Source: an uncultured bacterium (GTDB lineage: Bacteria; Verrucomicrobiota; Verrucomicrobiia; Limisphaerales; UBA8199). Taken from it: a stretch of 64,000 bases of DNA. The notes under the pieces are model-generated. The model did not search any database, was not told the DNA's origin, and saw nothing but the letters and a program-made list of their open reading frames with translations. Numbering within the stretch: the stretch's first letter is position 1; each line of letters starts with the position of its first letter. Below are positions 41,340 through 51,168 of the stretch, in pieces. Made by a program: the position numbers and the translations under genes. The stretch is taken from contig CAVVMW010000022.1 of the NCBI GenBank assembly GCA_963749495.1, forward strand, positions 512,001 through 576,000, written 5' to 3'.

Positions 41340-43034
41340 ATGCGATCTCCGACGATCACCGCGCTGAGCGCGATTGAAATCTCTAGGCAAACCAGGCTCT
41401 TGCCGATCGAGGCCGTGGCCGCCAAACTTGGCATCCAGGAAGAGGCCCTGGAGTTCTACGGCAAGACGCGGGCCAAGATCTCTTTGGACCTCTACCACCG
41501 GCTCCAGGACGCCCCCACCGGCAAGCTCATCCTGGTCACCGCCATCAACCCGACCCCGGCCGGCGAAGGCAAGACGACCACCAGCATCGGCTTGACCGAC
41601 GCCCTCTGGCGGCTGGGCCGCAGGGCCGTCGTTTGCCTCCGCGAACCCTCCGTCGGCCCGTGTTTCGGCGTCAAGGGCGGCGGCACCGGCGGGGGCTACG
41701 CCCAGGTGGCGCCGATGGAGGACATCAATCTGCACTTCAACGGCGATTTTCACGTTGTCACCTCCGCCCACAACCTGCTGGCGGCGCTGCTGGACAACCA
41801 TCTGCACCACGGCAACGAACTGGGGATCGACCCACGCCGCATCCTGTGGCGCCGCGTCCTTGACATGAATGAACGCGCCCTCCGCCAGATCGTCCTGGGC
41901 CTGGGGGGCAGCGCCAACTCCCTCCCCCGCGAGTCCGGGTTCGACATCACGCCGGCCTTCGAAGTGATGGCCACGCTCTGCTTTTCCGAGTCGTTGGTCG
42001 AATTGAAGGAGCGCCTCGCCCGCATCGTGGTGGGCTACTCCCGCACCGGCCAATTCATCACCGCGCGCGACCTCAAAGCCCATGGGGCCATGACGGTGCT
42101 CATGCGCTACGGCGTCCAACCCAACCTCGTCCAGACCCTGGAAGGCAACCCCGCCCTCATCCACGGCGGCCCCTTCGGCAACATCGCCCACGGCTGCAAC
42201 ACCGTCACCGCCACCAAACTGGGCCTTCGCCTGGCCGACTACACGGTCACCGAGGCCGGCTTTGGCGCGGACCTGGGCGCCGAGAAATTCGTGAACATCA
42301 AGTGCCGCAAAGCCGGGCTCCGCCCGGATGCCGCCGTGCTCGTCGCCACGGTCAGGGCACTCAAATATCACGGCGGCGTCAAGCCCCCGGACCTCTCCAA
42401 ACCCAACCTCCCCGCGCTGGAGGCGGGCCTGGACAACCTGCTCAAACACATCGAGAACCTCCAATCCTTCGGGCTGCCGGTCATCGTCTCGATCAACGTC
42501 TTCGCGGACGACACCGCTGACGAGTGGCAAGTCATCCGCCAGGCCTGTGTCAAGGTGGGCGTGCCGGTGGCGCTCTCGGAGCATTTCCACCGCGGCGGCG
42601 CGGGCGCGGAGGACTTGGCCGGGCTGGTCGTGCAAACCGCCGCCCAGCCCCGGAATGGCCCCTTGAATTTCACCTATCCCGACTCGGTGCCCTTGCTCGA
42701 AAAGGTCCGGCTCATCGCCCGGAAGGTCTATGGCGCCGACGATGTGGTCGCCGAGGGCCGGACTGCCGAAAAGCTCCGCTCGTTCGAGGAGGCCGGCTTC
42801 GGCCATCTGCCCATCTGCATGGCCAAGACGCAATACTCGTTCTCGGCCACGCCCTCCCTGCGCGGACGCCCGCGCGGATTCACCGTCCCCCTGCGGGACG
42901 CCCGCCTCAACGCCGGACCCGGCTTCGTCGTCGTGTACTCCGGCGACATTATGACCATGCCCGGCTTGCCCAAAGTGCCCGCCGCCGAAGCGATGGATGT
43001 CGATGCCCACGGCAACACGGTGGGACTGTTCTGA
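41340..43034 (+). CDS. fhs: formate--tetrahydrofolate ligase
   Basis: TAINPTPAGEGKTT, KGGGTGGGYAQV, HGGPFGNIAHG, TEAGFGADLGAEKF, CMAKTQYS, IMTMPGLP. Confidence 0.97.
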   Translation: MRSPTITALSAIEISRQTRLLPIEAVAAKLGIQEEALEFYGKTRAKISLDLYHRLQDAPTGKLILVTAINPTPAGEGKTTTSIGLTDALWRLGRRAVVCLREPSVGPCFGVKGGGTGGGYAQVAPMEDINLHFNGDFHVVTSAHNLLAALLDNHLHHGNELGIDPRRILWRRVLDMNERALRQIVLGLGGSANSLPRESGFDITPAFEVMATLCFSESLVELKERLARIVVGYSRTGQFITARDLKAHGAMTVLMRYGVQPNLVQTLEGNPALIHGGPFGNIAHGCNTVTATKLGLRLADYTVTEAGFGADLGAEKFVNIKCRKAGLRPDAAVLVATVRALKYHGGVKPPDLSKPNLPALEAGLDNLLKHIENLQSFGLPVIVSINVFADDTADEWQVIRQACVKVGVPVALSEHFHRGGAGAEDLAGLVVQTAAQPRNGPLNFTYPDSVPLLEKVRLIARKVYGADDVVAEGRTAEKLRSFEEAGFGHLPICMAKTQYSFSATPSLRGRPRGFTVPLRDARLNAGPGFVVVYSGDIMTMPGLPKVPAAEAMDVDAHGNTVGLF

Positions 43035-43036
43035 AC

Positions 43037-44722
43037 TCAGCCCGCGCCCCGAGGCCCTTTACGCTCCGACGCTCCGCGCTGGCCACGCCCCGCCGGCGGC
43101 GGGCTCATCACCGGGATGAGCGTCATGCCGCACAGGGGGCATTTGCCCGGCTTGTCGGAGCGCACGTCGCTGTGTTCGGGCATCGGGCAAGTGTAATAGA
43201 GCAGCTTGCCCCCAGGCTGGAGCTGGCGCAGGGCAGAAGGGGACACCGGCACCAGGGTCATCCCGCAAATCGGGCATTTGCCGGGGTGGTTGTATTCGAT
43301 CGAGATGTGCTCCGGCATCGGGCAGATGTACTTCAACTCGGCCGGCTCCTGAGGCTCGGCGGGGTGCGCCGCCTCCTGGCCCGTGGGGCGGGCGGAGGCA
43401 GCGGCGGCGCCGCCCGCTTCCGCGGCGGCGGTCTGGGGCGCGCCGGCCTCATTGGGCTTGGCCATTTTCTGGATGGCCTCGCGGAGCTGGCTCTCCGAAT
43501 CGAGCATGAACTGGCCCGAGGTGACGATTCGCTCGCCTTCTTCCAAGCCGCTGAGCACTTGGCACATGTCGTTGTCGGCCTGCGGGCCGAGGGTGACGGC
43601 GCGTGCCTCGAAGCGGCCGCCCTCCAGCGCCACAAAAACCGTGTTTCTTTCGCCGCTGCGCAAAATGGCCATGCCCGGCACGAGCAAGGCCGAGGGCTGG
43701 AGCTCCGCGGCGACGCGGACGGTGGCGAACATGCCCGGCTTGAGAAAGAAGCCCGGGTTGTGGAACTCCATCCGCACGGTGGCGGTGCGGGTCTTCTCGT
43801 CCACGTTGGGATAGATGTAGGTCACCCGCCCTCGAAATTCGCGGTCGGGGAGGTAGGCGAGCGTGACAACGGCCTCCTGGCCCAGCCGGATGTAGGCCAG
43901 GTCCTGCTCGTAGATCTGGGCCTGCACCCACACCAACCCCAGGTCCGCCAGCCGGTAGAGCCTCATGCCCGGCTCGACCATCTGGCCCTGGACCACCGGT
44001 TTCTCGGTCACGAAACCATCGATGGGGGCCTGGATGGGCAGGGTCTTGCGCGCCTGCCCCGTACGTTCCAACTCGGCGATCTGCTCGTCCGAAACGTCGT
44101 AGTATTTCAGCTTCGTGAGCGCGCTGATCCTGAGCGCAGATCCGTCCGGCGCGTTGGTGCCCTGCTCGCGGGCCAACAGGTATTCCCGTTGCGCGCTGTA
44201 GAGCTCCGGGGCATAGATCTCGAAAAGCGGCTCGCCCCGGTGCACCCGCTGGCCGGTGGCATCCACGTAAAGCTTTTCGACCCACCCCTTGAACTTGGTG
44301 GTCACGTCCGCCAGCGCGGTCTCGTTGTATTCGATGGCGCCCACTGTGCGGATGCTCCGGCGCAAGGGTCCATTGGTCACGACGGCGGTGCGGATGCCCA
44401 TAGTCTGGATGGTCACCGAATCCAGGGCGATGGCCTGGGCCTGGGCTGAGGCGGCGGCGGAGGCGGCGCTCGCGCCGGCCTGCTGATGAACGGGCGTGAG
44501 CTTCATGCCGCAAATCGGGCAGTTGCCCGGATGGTCCTGCACCACCTGGGGGTGCATCCCGCAGGTGTAGAGGGTCTTCTCCTTTGCCCCGCCGGCCGTG
44601 GGGGCCGCTGGGCTCCGGCCGCAACCGCTCAGCAAGAGACCCGCCCCGCCGCCCAGCACCAGGGCCGCCGCGAGCAGAAGGGGTCCCAACAGATGGGCCT
44701 TGTATCGTTTGCCCTTATGCAT
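43037..44722 (-). CDS. CusB-like RND efflux periplasmic adaptor with three heavy-metal-binding domains
   Basis: YTCGMHP..CPICGMKL, GWVEKLY, YAPELYSAQREYL, LKPGMF, SGQFMLDSES, two C-terminal YxCPMPEH..CPxCGMTL. Confidence 0.9.
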   Translation of the reverse strand: MHKGKRYKAHLLGPLLLAAALVLGGGAGLLLSGCGRSPAAPTAGGAKEKTLYTCGMHPQVVQDHPGNCPICGMKLTPVHQQAGASAASAAASAQAQAIALDSVTIQTMGIRTAVVTNGPLRRSIRTVGAIEYNETALADVTTKFKGWVEKLYVDATGQRVHRGEPLFEIYAPELYSAQREYLLAREQGTNAPDGSALRISALTKLKYYDVSDEQIAELERTGQARKTLPIQAPIDGFVTEKPVVQGQMVEPGMRLYRLADLGLVWVQAQIYEQDLAYIRLGQEAVVTLAYLPDREFRGRVTYIYPNVDEKTRTATVRMEFHNPGFFLKPGMFATVRVAAELQPSALLVPGMAILRSGERNTVFVALEGGRFEARAVTLGPQADNDMCQVLSGLEEGERIVTSGQFMLDSESQLREAIQKMAKPNEAGAPQTAAAEAGGAAAASARPTGQEAAHPAEPQEPAELKYICPMPEHISIEYNHPGKCPICGMTLVPVSPSALRQLQPGGKLLYYTCPMPEHSDVRSDKPGKCPLCGMTLIPVMSPPPAGRGQRGASERKGPRGAG

Positions 44723-44847
44723 CGTGTGAGAGGTTATCGGCAACGCCCCGCCGTGCAAAGCTTTTCCCTGCCTGTTTCATCAGCACACCATTGCTACGCC
44801 GCGCAGCGGGGAATCCCTCGGGAGATCCGGAGCCAGAGCGCGGCGCC

Positions 44848-45066
44848 TGCGTCGCGGAGCGACGCAGTGAAGGTAGCCGTGGACCTCGGTCCACGGTTTA
44901 GGGCGTAGGAATGGTCGCGCGTCGCGTAGCAACGCCTGACGGCCTGGTCGTGGCGCGTCCCACATGCTGTTGTCAAGCGCCGCTACGCGACGCGGGGGAG
45001 CTCGGGCCCTGGGTCCGTGGACCCGAAGTCCACGGCTACCATCACGCACCGCTACGCGGTGATGGA
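44848..45066. repeat. repeat family C, 219 bp (left of the MIF gene)
   Basis: Near-identical to 45531-45749. Confidence 0.92.
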
Positions 45067-45112
45067 ACCGTTCTTGGTTGCAGCCCCGGCGCGCCAAGAG
45101 TAGATATTGATT

Positions 45113-45460
45113 ATGCCACTGTTGAAGCTCGAAACCACAGTCGTTCTGCCCGAGGAAAGACGGAAGGCCCTGCTCGCCGCGCTCTCCAGGCTCGTCGCCG
45201 AGACCATCGGCAAACCCGAGCAGTACGTCATGGTCGCCGTCAGCCAGGCCGCCATCCAGATGTCCGGGAGCGCGGGCGAGGCCGCCTTCGTGGACGTCCG
45301 CAGCATCGGCGGCTTGGGCGGGGAGGTCAACCGGCGGCTCTCCCAAAAGGTCTGCAGCCTCTTGAACGAGTCCCTCGGCGTCCCGCCCAACCGCGTCTAT
45401 TTGAATTTCACCGATGTGCCCGCGGCCGACTGGGGCTGGAAAGGGAACACCTTCGGATGA
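45113..45460 (+). CDS. MIF / phenylpyruvate tautomerase family protein
   Basis: N-terminal MP (catalytic Pro), GKPEQYVMV, SIGG, RVYLNF, WGWKGNTF. Confidence 0.92.
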   Translation: MPLLKLETTVVLPEERRKALLAALSRLVAETIGKPEQYVMVAVSQAAIQMSGSAGEAAFVDVRSIGGLGGEVNRRLSQKVCSLLNESLGVPPNRVYLNFTDVPAADWGWKGNTFG

Positions 45461-45530
45461 TGCAGGGAGGGCTCTTGGGCCTTTCGCAGGCCCATCCCCC
45501 GATCTGGCGAAGCCCCTGGAGTGCGGCACG

Positions 45531-45749
45531 TGCGTCGCGGAGCAACGCAGTGAAGGTAGCCGTGGACCTCGGTCCACGGTTTGGGGCGCAGGAATGGTCG
45601 TGCGTCGCGTAGCGACGCCTGACGGCCAAGTCGTGGCGCGTCCCACATGCTGTTGTCAAGCGCCGCTACGCGACGCGGGGGAGCTTGGGCCCTGGGTCCG
45701 TGGACTCGAAGTCCACGGCTACCATCAAGCACCGCTACGCGGTGATGGA
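45531..45749. repeat. repeat family C, 219 bp (right of the MIF gene)
   Basis: Direct repeat of 44848-45066. Confidence 0.92.
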
Positions 45750-45798
45750 CGAGTTGGATTTGCCAGGAGCGCGTGCGCGGGTAACCTTTGGCGCGGGC

Positions 45799-47241
45799 AT
45801 GAATCCCTCGATGACAGGCCAAGCCGCCGACGCGCGCGCCCTGGAGACCTCGCGTCTCCGGCTGCTTTTGGGCGATTTGAGAGATGCCCTCCGCGGCACC
45901 GGCATGGATTACACCCAGGGGAGCCTTGGCCGCGCCATCCTGCTCCTGTCGGTCCCGACAATGCTGGAGATGGCGATGGAATCGGCATTCGCCGTGGTCG
46001 ATATTTACTTCGTCTCCTCGCTCGGCGCCTCCGCCATCGCCACGGTCGGCTTGACCGAATCGGTGTTGACCCTGGTCTATGCCGTGGCCGCCGGGTTCGC
46101 GATGGGGACAACCGCCCTGGTTGCCCGCCGCATCGGCGAGAAGAACCCGAAGGAGGCCGGCGACGCCGCGGTCCAGGGGATTATCGCGGCCCTGGCGGCA
46201 TCGGTGCCGTTTTCGCTGGCCGGCGTGTTTTTTGCGAGGGACATCCTTGGCCTGATGGGCGCGGACGCCTGGAGCCTTGAGCACGGCTGGCGCTACACCG
46301 CGTGGATGCTGGGCGGCAACACCGTCATCATGCTGATCTTCGTCATCAACGCCGCCTTCCGGGGTGCGGGCGACGCGGCCATGGCGATGCGTGTGCTCTG
46401 GCTGGCCAACGGCATCAACATCGTCCTGGACCCCGCGCTCATTTTCGGGTGGGGCCCCTTGCCGGCGCTCGGGGTCCAGGGCGCGGCGGTGGCCACGACC
46501 ATCGGACGCGGCACGGGCGTCTTGGTCCAGCTCTGGGTGCTGTTTCGGGGGGCAAAGCACATCCGCGTCTTGCCCTCCCAGGTTCGCCTGCACGCCCAAG
46601 CGATGCGAGGGCTCGTGCGCACCTCGTTGGGCGGCATCGGGCAATTCATCATCGCCACTTCCTCCTGGATCGGCCTGGTGCGCATCATCTCGGTGTTTGG
46701 GAGCCAGGCCCTGGCCGGCTACACCATCGCCGTGCGCATCGTTGTGTTCACGCTCATGCCGGCGTGGGGCTTTTGCAACGCCGCGGCGACCCTGGTGGGG
46801 CAGAACCTGGGCGCCCGGCAGCCTGAGCGCGCCGAGCGTTCGGTCTGGATGACCGGCCTGGTCAACATGGGGTTCCTCGCAGCGATCTCGCTGGTGTATA
46901 TCTTTGGCAACGAGGTCCTGGTCCGCATCTTCACTGCCGAACCGCGAGTCATAGCCGCCGGGGCGCAATGCCTGAGAATCGTGGCCTACGGGTATGTCTT
47001 CTATGCCTGGGGCATGGTGATGTCTTCAGCCTTCAACGGCGCGGGCGACACGTTCACGCCCATGAAGATCAACTTCTTCTGCTTTTGGCTGCTCGAGATC
47101 CCCCTGGCCTATTTGCTGGCGATCAAGCTGGGCGCCAACCAGAGCGGCGTGTACTGGTCGATTCTCCTTGCAGAATCCGCCGCCGGCCTGGCGGGCATCG
47201 CCTTGTTCCGCCGCGGCAGGTGGAAGGAAACGAAGATATGA
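45799..47241 (+). CDS. MATE family efflux transporter
   Basis: About 12 TM; FRGAGDA, NIVLDP.LIFG, GVQGAAVAT, VGQNLGA, FNGAGDT. Confidence 0.93.
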   Translation: MNPSMTGQAADARALETSRLRLLLGDLRDALRGTGMDYTQGSLGRAILLLSVPTMLEMAMESAFAVVDIYFVSSLGASAIATVGLTESVLTLVYAVAAGFAMGTTALVARRIGEKNPKEAGDAAVQGIIAALAASVPFSLAGVFFARDILGLMGADAWSLEHGWRYTAWMLGGNTVIMLIFVINAAFRGAGDAAMAMRVLWLANGINIVLDPALIFGWGPLPALGVQGAAVATTIGRGTGVLVQLWVLFRGAKHIRVLPSQVRLHAQAMRGLVRTSLGGIGQFIIATSSWIGLVRIISVFGSQALAGYTIAVRIVVFTLMPAWGFCNAAATLVGQNLGARQPERAERSVWMTGLVNMGFLAAISLVYIFGNEVLVRIFTAEPRVIAAGAQCLRIVAYGYVFYAWGMVMSSAFNGAGDTFTPMKINFFCFWLLEIPLAYLLAIKLGANQSGVYWSILLAESAAGLAGIALFRRGRWKETKI

Positions 47242-47244
47242 CCC

Positions 47245-47682
47245 TCACGGAGCCACAACCCGCCCGCGCAAGGCGGCGTCAGCGAGAGCTTGAAAATGGC
47301 GAGCGTTGAGCGTGTAGATCCGTTCGGCGCCGCTCTTGGCTGCCGCTGCCAGGAGCAAGGCATCATAGGTCCTGCCCCCCTCCACCCCGTTAGCGGCCGC
47401 CTGCTCCAGTGTGTCGGCATACTCTTTTGGGGTGAGAGTCACGACCGTGAAGGCCTTTAAAACGTTGTCGGAAATCAATTGCCAGGCAATTGTGGGCGCC
47501 ACCTGTTCGGACCCGGGAAGACGCGTTAGCACCGCATACGCCTCGGCGAGGCTGTGCGCCGCAGTGAACCCCTCGTCCTTGCCTGCCTTTACCCGCTCCA
47601 GCACCGGCCGGGCCGCGTTGTGTTGGGGATGGCTCTCGAGACACGCCGCCACCAGGACATTCGTGTCGCAAAACACCTTCAT
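47245..47682 (-). CDS. PIN domain (VapC) toxin
   Basis: FCDTNVLVAA, EAYAVLTR, YDALL, IYTLN. Confidence 0.9.
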   Translation of the reverse strand: MKVFCDTNVLVAACLESHPQHNAARPVLERVKAGKDEGFTAAHSLAEAYAVLTRLPGSEQVAPTIAWQLISDNVLKAFTVVTLTPKEYADTLEQAAANGVEGGRTYDALLLAAAAKSGAERIYTLNARHFQALADAALRGRVVAP

Positions 47683-47957
47683 GTCCGGCCCCTCGCGCCT
47701 CGGGCAATCTCATCCATGCGTTCGTCCCGAGCTTCCGCGACGAAGTCTCGCCCCTCCGGCAACGGCGTTTCACTGGCAAGCACAAGGACCCTGTTGACAC
47801 GTTTGAGCCGGACCCTCGATCTGGTGGGCCGCAGTTCGATGGCATCCCCCTTGACCTCAAGGGTCAGGCTGTCCCCGCCCTGAAGACGAAAACGCTCACG
47901 CAAGCGTTTGGGGAGAACCACCCGGCCAGCCCCATCCATTTGAACGGTCGCATTCAT
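47679..47957 (-). CDS. AbrB/MazE-type antitoxin
   Basis: MNATVQMDGAGRVVLPKRLRERFRLQGGD; ATGA overlap with the PIN gene. Confidence 0.88.
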   Translation of the reverse strand: MNATVQMDGAGRVVLPKRLRERFRLQGGDSLTLEVKGDAIELRPTRSRVRLKRVNRVLVLASETPLPEGRDFVAEARDERMDEIARGARGRT

Positions 47958-47995
47958 GGCATCGAATCTACCATTATGGCATGCGAATTGGCAAG
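47958..47995 (-). promoter_or_regulatory. putative TA promoter/operator
   Basis: Minus strand TTGCCA-N17-TAGATT with repeated TGCCA(T) half-sites. Confidence 0.45.
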
Positions 47996-48033
47996 AAAAA
48001 TGGTTCAGATCGCATCTGGATACATGAGTTGAT

Positions 48034-48456
48034 TTGGCCGCCGTTTTCTGCCACTGTGGTGTGGTGAACGCTGCAGTACTTCCAACGGTTTCGGCTCCGG
48101 GCGCTCCCGTGGGCAGCCCGCGAAGCATCGAGCGATTTCTGACGGGCTGGGTTGAAGCAGTCAACGATTACCTCCAGCGCCAATACCGGGAACTCATTCA
48201 GCAAGAGCCATCTCCGGACTCCCTTTCGCGTTTCAAGCTCGAGTGCAAGTGGCTGCTGCGCTCCGCCTTGGAGCTGGACGCCATGGTGAAGGACCCGGAG
48301 TCCCCTGCCCGGCATTTCGGCCCGGAGATCGCGGGCAAGCTGCTCCAGCTTCGGGAATCCTGGGGATGCCTCAATAACCCCATGACCGATGCCGAGGCCG
48401 ATGCAATTCTGAAGAAGGTCTTCCCCGATGAACCGCGAACTGGAGGCCCTTCTTAA
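48034..48456 (+). CDS. hypothetical protein
   Basis: Helical ORF ending NNPMTDAEADAILKKVFPDEPRT; overlaps a following short ORF; start uncertain. Confidence 0.6.
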   Translation: MAAVFCHCGVVNAAVLPTVSAPGAPVGSPRSIERFLTGWVEAVNDYLQRQYRELIQQEPSPDSLSRFKLECKWLLRSALELDAMVKDPESPARHFGPEIAGKLLQLRESWGCLNNPMTDAEADAILKKVFPDEPRTGGPS

Positions 48457-48538
48457 AGCCTGGGACGAGTTCGTCCAGACCCCCCAAGGACCCGAGGCGG
48501 ACAGCCTTTTCCCTATGAACCGACCCCAAGCCCGAAGG

Positions 48539-48617
48539 TTTTGGACTGCGCCAGTCCTCAGGCGCTTTTGTGTCCCCAGGGTCTAAAAAGCGGCAGAGGA
48601 CTGCCGCAGTCCAAAAC
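48539..48617. repeat. repeat family B, inverted pair
   Basis: TTTTGGACTGCGCCAGTCCTC...AAAGCGGCAGAGGACTGCCGCAGTCCAAAA. Confidence 0.85.
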
Positions 48618-48720
48618 GCGTGGCGTTGGGCGAGGCCCTTCCGGTTCCGCTCTCGGCCTTCATTGAGGCATTACCCGATGCCATTCGCGGGGCGAGGTCC
48701 AGAATTCTCCTGTCGATGCT

Positions 48721-51126
48721 CTAATCCGCGCCCGCCGGCCGTTCGACCCGCAGGCCCTGCACGGGCTTGCCGTCCGCGCCGACGATGCGGGCGGAGGCAG
48801 ACCAGCCGCCGCCGCCCTGGCTGATCTTGAGCATTAGCTCATTGGCGCCTTTCTTGAGCTGGATCGGCGCCGCGTCCTGGTCCACCAACTCGCCGCGGTC
48901 CACGTTGTTGCTGTGGACCACTTTCCCGTTCAGCCAGGCCTTGATGCCGTCGTCGCTGCCCATCAAGAGCACGCCGCTGCAGTCTTGCGGCGCAATGATG
49001 CGCGTCCGCAGATAGGCCGCGCAGTTTTCCTCGCCGGGGAACAGTGCCGAAAGGGCCACGTGGTCTGCGGAGGGCGCTGCTTTCCATTGGACGTTTTGGC
49101 CGGGCTTCTCGGGGCCGAATGGGATCTCGAAAACTGCCACTGCCCCGACCACGCCGGCTTGGCGATAGGGTCCGCAAACCAGCCAGTCGCGAATGAAAGC
49201 CCCGCCCGCGCCGGGCTTGTGCCGCAACGCCCAGGCCCGCCGGAACAGGTCGCCTTCGTGGACCAACTCGAGCACCTTGAGCGCGGCGTCATCGGCGAGC
49301 GCCGGATTGGAGGGCGCCAGTTTCTCCGAGATGATCACGGCGGCCAGGCTGGCCTCGGCGCTCAAGGCCGGGTCCTGGAGGTTCTTGAGCACCAGCGCCA
49401 GGGCCTCGGGCATCGGGACCTGGCCGAGCTGGCCAAGGGCCTGCTTCTTTTCCTCGGTCCGGCTGGCGGCCGAGAGGGCCTGTTCGAGGAGCGTCAGGCG
49501 TTTGGCGGCGTCCGGCTCCTGAGCGGCGCACGCGATCGCCCCGCGCAACGCCAGCGTCCGGAGCGTCGGTTCACCGCCGGCGCGGGCCAGCCCGAGCAGG
49601 TGGGGGGCCGGCGCGGCATTGGGCCATTGCGCCAGCACGCGCACGGCCTCCTTGGCCAGTTCCGGGTCTGGGTCATTGCTTGCGGCCTGAGCGGCGGCCA
49701 GGGCGTCGGCCGTGCCCAACTCCGCCAGGAGCGGCAGCAATTGACGGCGCTCGGCCGCAGGGAACCGGCCCAGGGCCTGGAGGGTGCTGCGGGCGGCCTC
49801 CTCCTTGTTCGGACTGGCCTGGCAAATCGCATAAAGCGCCTGGAGCGCCGGGTCACGCTGGTCGTCGGACTTCGACTTGGCCGCGATTTCGAGCAGCGGC
49901 GCCATGGCCTCGGGCGGGGCGAGTCTCCGCAAGGACTCCAGCGCCGCCAGGCGCACCGACGGGGCGTCCGAGGCGGCGTATTGCAGGAGAACGTTGGCCG
50001 CGGCGCGGTCATCGCGCTCCCCGAGGGCGCGGAGCAACTCGGCCTTCTCCGGAGCGGGCGCGGGCTCGATTTGGGCCAGCAGGGCCTCGCGAGCGCCGGT
50101 GCCGTGCAGGCGGGCCAGGCTCTCGCGAGCGGCCTCGCGCTCGGCGGGCTGTCCTTGAGCAGCGGCCTTGGCCAGCGCCGGAATGGAAGTCGTGTCGTTC
50201 AATTCGCCCAGCGCCTGCCATGCCGCCGCGCGCACGGCAACGTCCGGGCTTTGGCCGGCGGTTTGCACTGCCGGCAGCGCCTCCGCGCCGAGCTTCACCT
50301 CGGCATCGAGCACGGCCAACTGCGACTCCACCGGGAGCGACGCCCATTGGCCAACGCAGGCCAGGATAGCCTGCCGGTCCTTTAGCTCACGCACCACCTT
50401 GAGCGCGACGGCCTGGATCGGGCGATCCGTGCCAGCCAGCGCCTTGCCCATTAGCTCCGCCCGATGCTCCGAGTCCGCCAATACCAGGCCGCGCCACGCC
50501 GCCACGCGGACTTGCACCGGGTATTTCGGGTCGAACAAACCACGATAGATCGCTGCTGCGCCCGCATTATCGTCGCGCGCGGCCAGGCGCTCGGCGCATT
50601 TCAAGAGGCTCTCGTACACGGCCGATTGCACCGCCAGGGGCGCCGCGTCGCGCGCGGCCGTGAGGGCCTCGAGGGCATCTCGGCCGCCGATGCGGCCAAG
50701 CGCTGCTGCGGCCGCCGCGGCCACGGTCGTGTCGGAATCAGACACCAATGGAGCCAGCAGCGGGACCGAGGCCGGCTCGCCGCGCCAGCCGAGCGAGTCG
50801 GCGATGCCTGCCTTGAGCAGGCCGGAGGTCTGGCCGAGGGCTTGGCGGAGCGCCCCGCCCGCCTCGGGGCAGGGCAGCGCTTCCAAGGTATGGCGCGCGG
50901 CCTGGGACAGGCGCTGGTCCGTGAGCAAGGCAGCCAGGGCCGGCACGGCGTCGGCGGTCCCGATGAGCCTCAGCCTCTGGCAGGCAGCCCATTTCTGCGG
51001 TGCGCCCGCTGTGGATTGGAGTGTGGCAACCAGGTCCTGTTCCTCTGCGGCGCGGAGGCCGGGCACACTCGCGGCAACGGCAAGCAGCCAGGCAATCAGG
51101 AGTCGATTCGTGCGGCTGGTTTTCAT
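48721..51126 (-). CDS. exported HEAT-repeat protein with C-terminal PA14-like beta-sandwich
   Basis: Signal peptide; many ALGxIG/VRxAA repeats; WLVCGPY...GSDDGIKAWLNG...LKKGANELMLKI. Confidence 0.85.
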   Translation of the reverse strand: MKTSRTNRLLIAWLLAVAASVPGLRAAEEQDLVATLQSTAGAPQKWAACQRLRLIGTADAVPALAALLTDQRLSQAARHTLEALPCPEAGGALRQALGQTSGLLKAGIADSLGWRGEPASVPLLAPLVSDSDTTVAAAAAAALGRIGGRDALEALTAARDAAPLAVQSAVYESLLKCAERLAARDDNAGAAAIYRGLFDPKYPVQVRVAAWRGLVLADSEHRAELMGKALAGTDRPIQAVALKVVRELKDRQAILACVGQWASLPVESQLAVLDAEVKLGAEALPAVQTAGQSPDVAVRAAAWQALGELNDTTSIPALAKAAAQGQPAEREAARESLARLHGTGAREALLAQIEPAPAPEKAELLRALGERDDRAAANVLLQYAASDAPSVRLAALESLRRLAPPEAMAPLLEIAAKSKSDDQRDPALQALYAICQASPNKEEAARSTLQALGRFPAAERRQLLPLLAELGTADALAAAQAASNDPDPELAKEAVRVLAQWPNAAPAPHLLGLARAGGEPTLRTLALRGAIACAAQEPDAAKRLTLLEQALSAASRTEEKKQALGQLGQVPMPEALALVLKNLQDPALSAEASLAAVIISEKLAPSNPALADDAALKVLELVHEGDLFRRAWALRHKPGAGGAFIRDWLVCGPYRQAGVVGAVAVFEIPFGPEKPGQNVQWKAAPSADHVALSALFPGEENCAAYLRTRIIAPQDCSGVLLMGSDDGIKAWLNGKVVHSNNVDRGELVDQDAAPIQLKKGANELMLKISQGGGGWSASARIVGADGKPVQGLRVERPAGAD

Positions 51127-51168
51127 GGTCATCGGATTCTTCAAGGAGTTGGGGAGATGGGTTTTTCG

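Noticed and set aside
44848..45749. Integron cassette with attC sites around the MIF gene
   Set aside because: The repeats are longer than attC and lack RYYYAAC/GTTRRRY ends; no integrase
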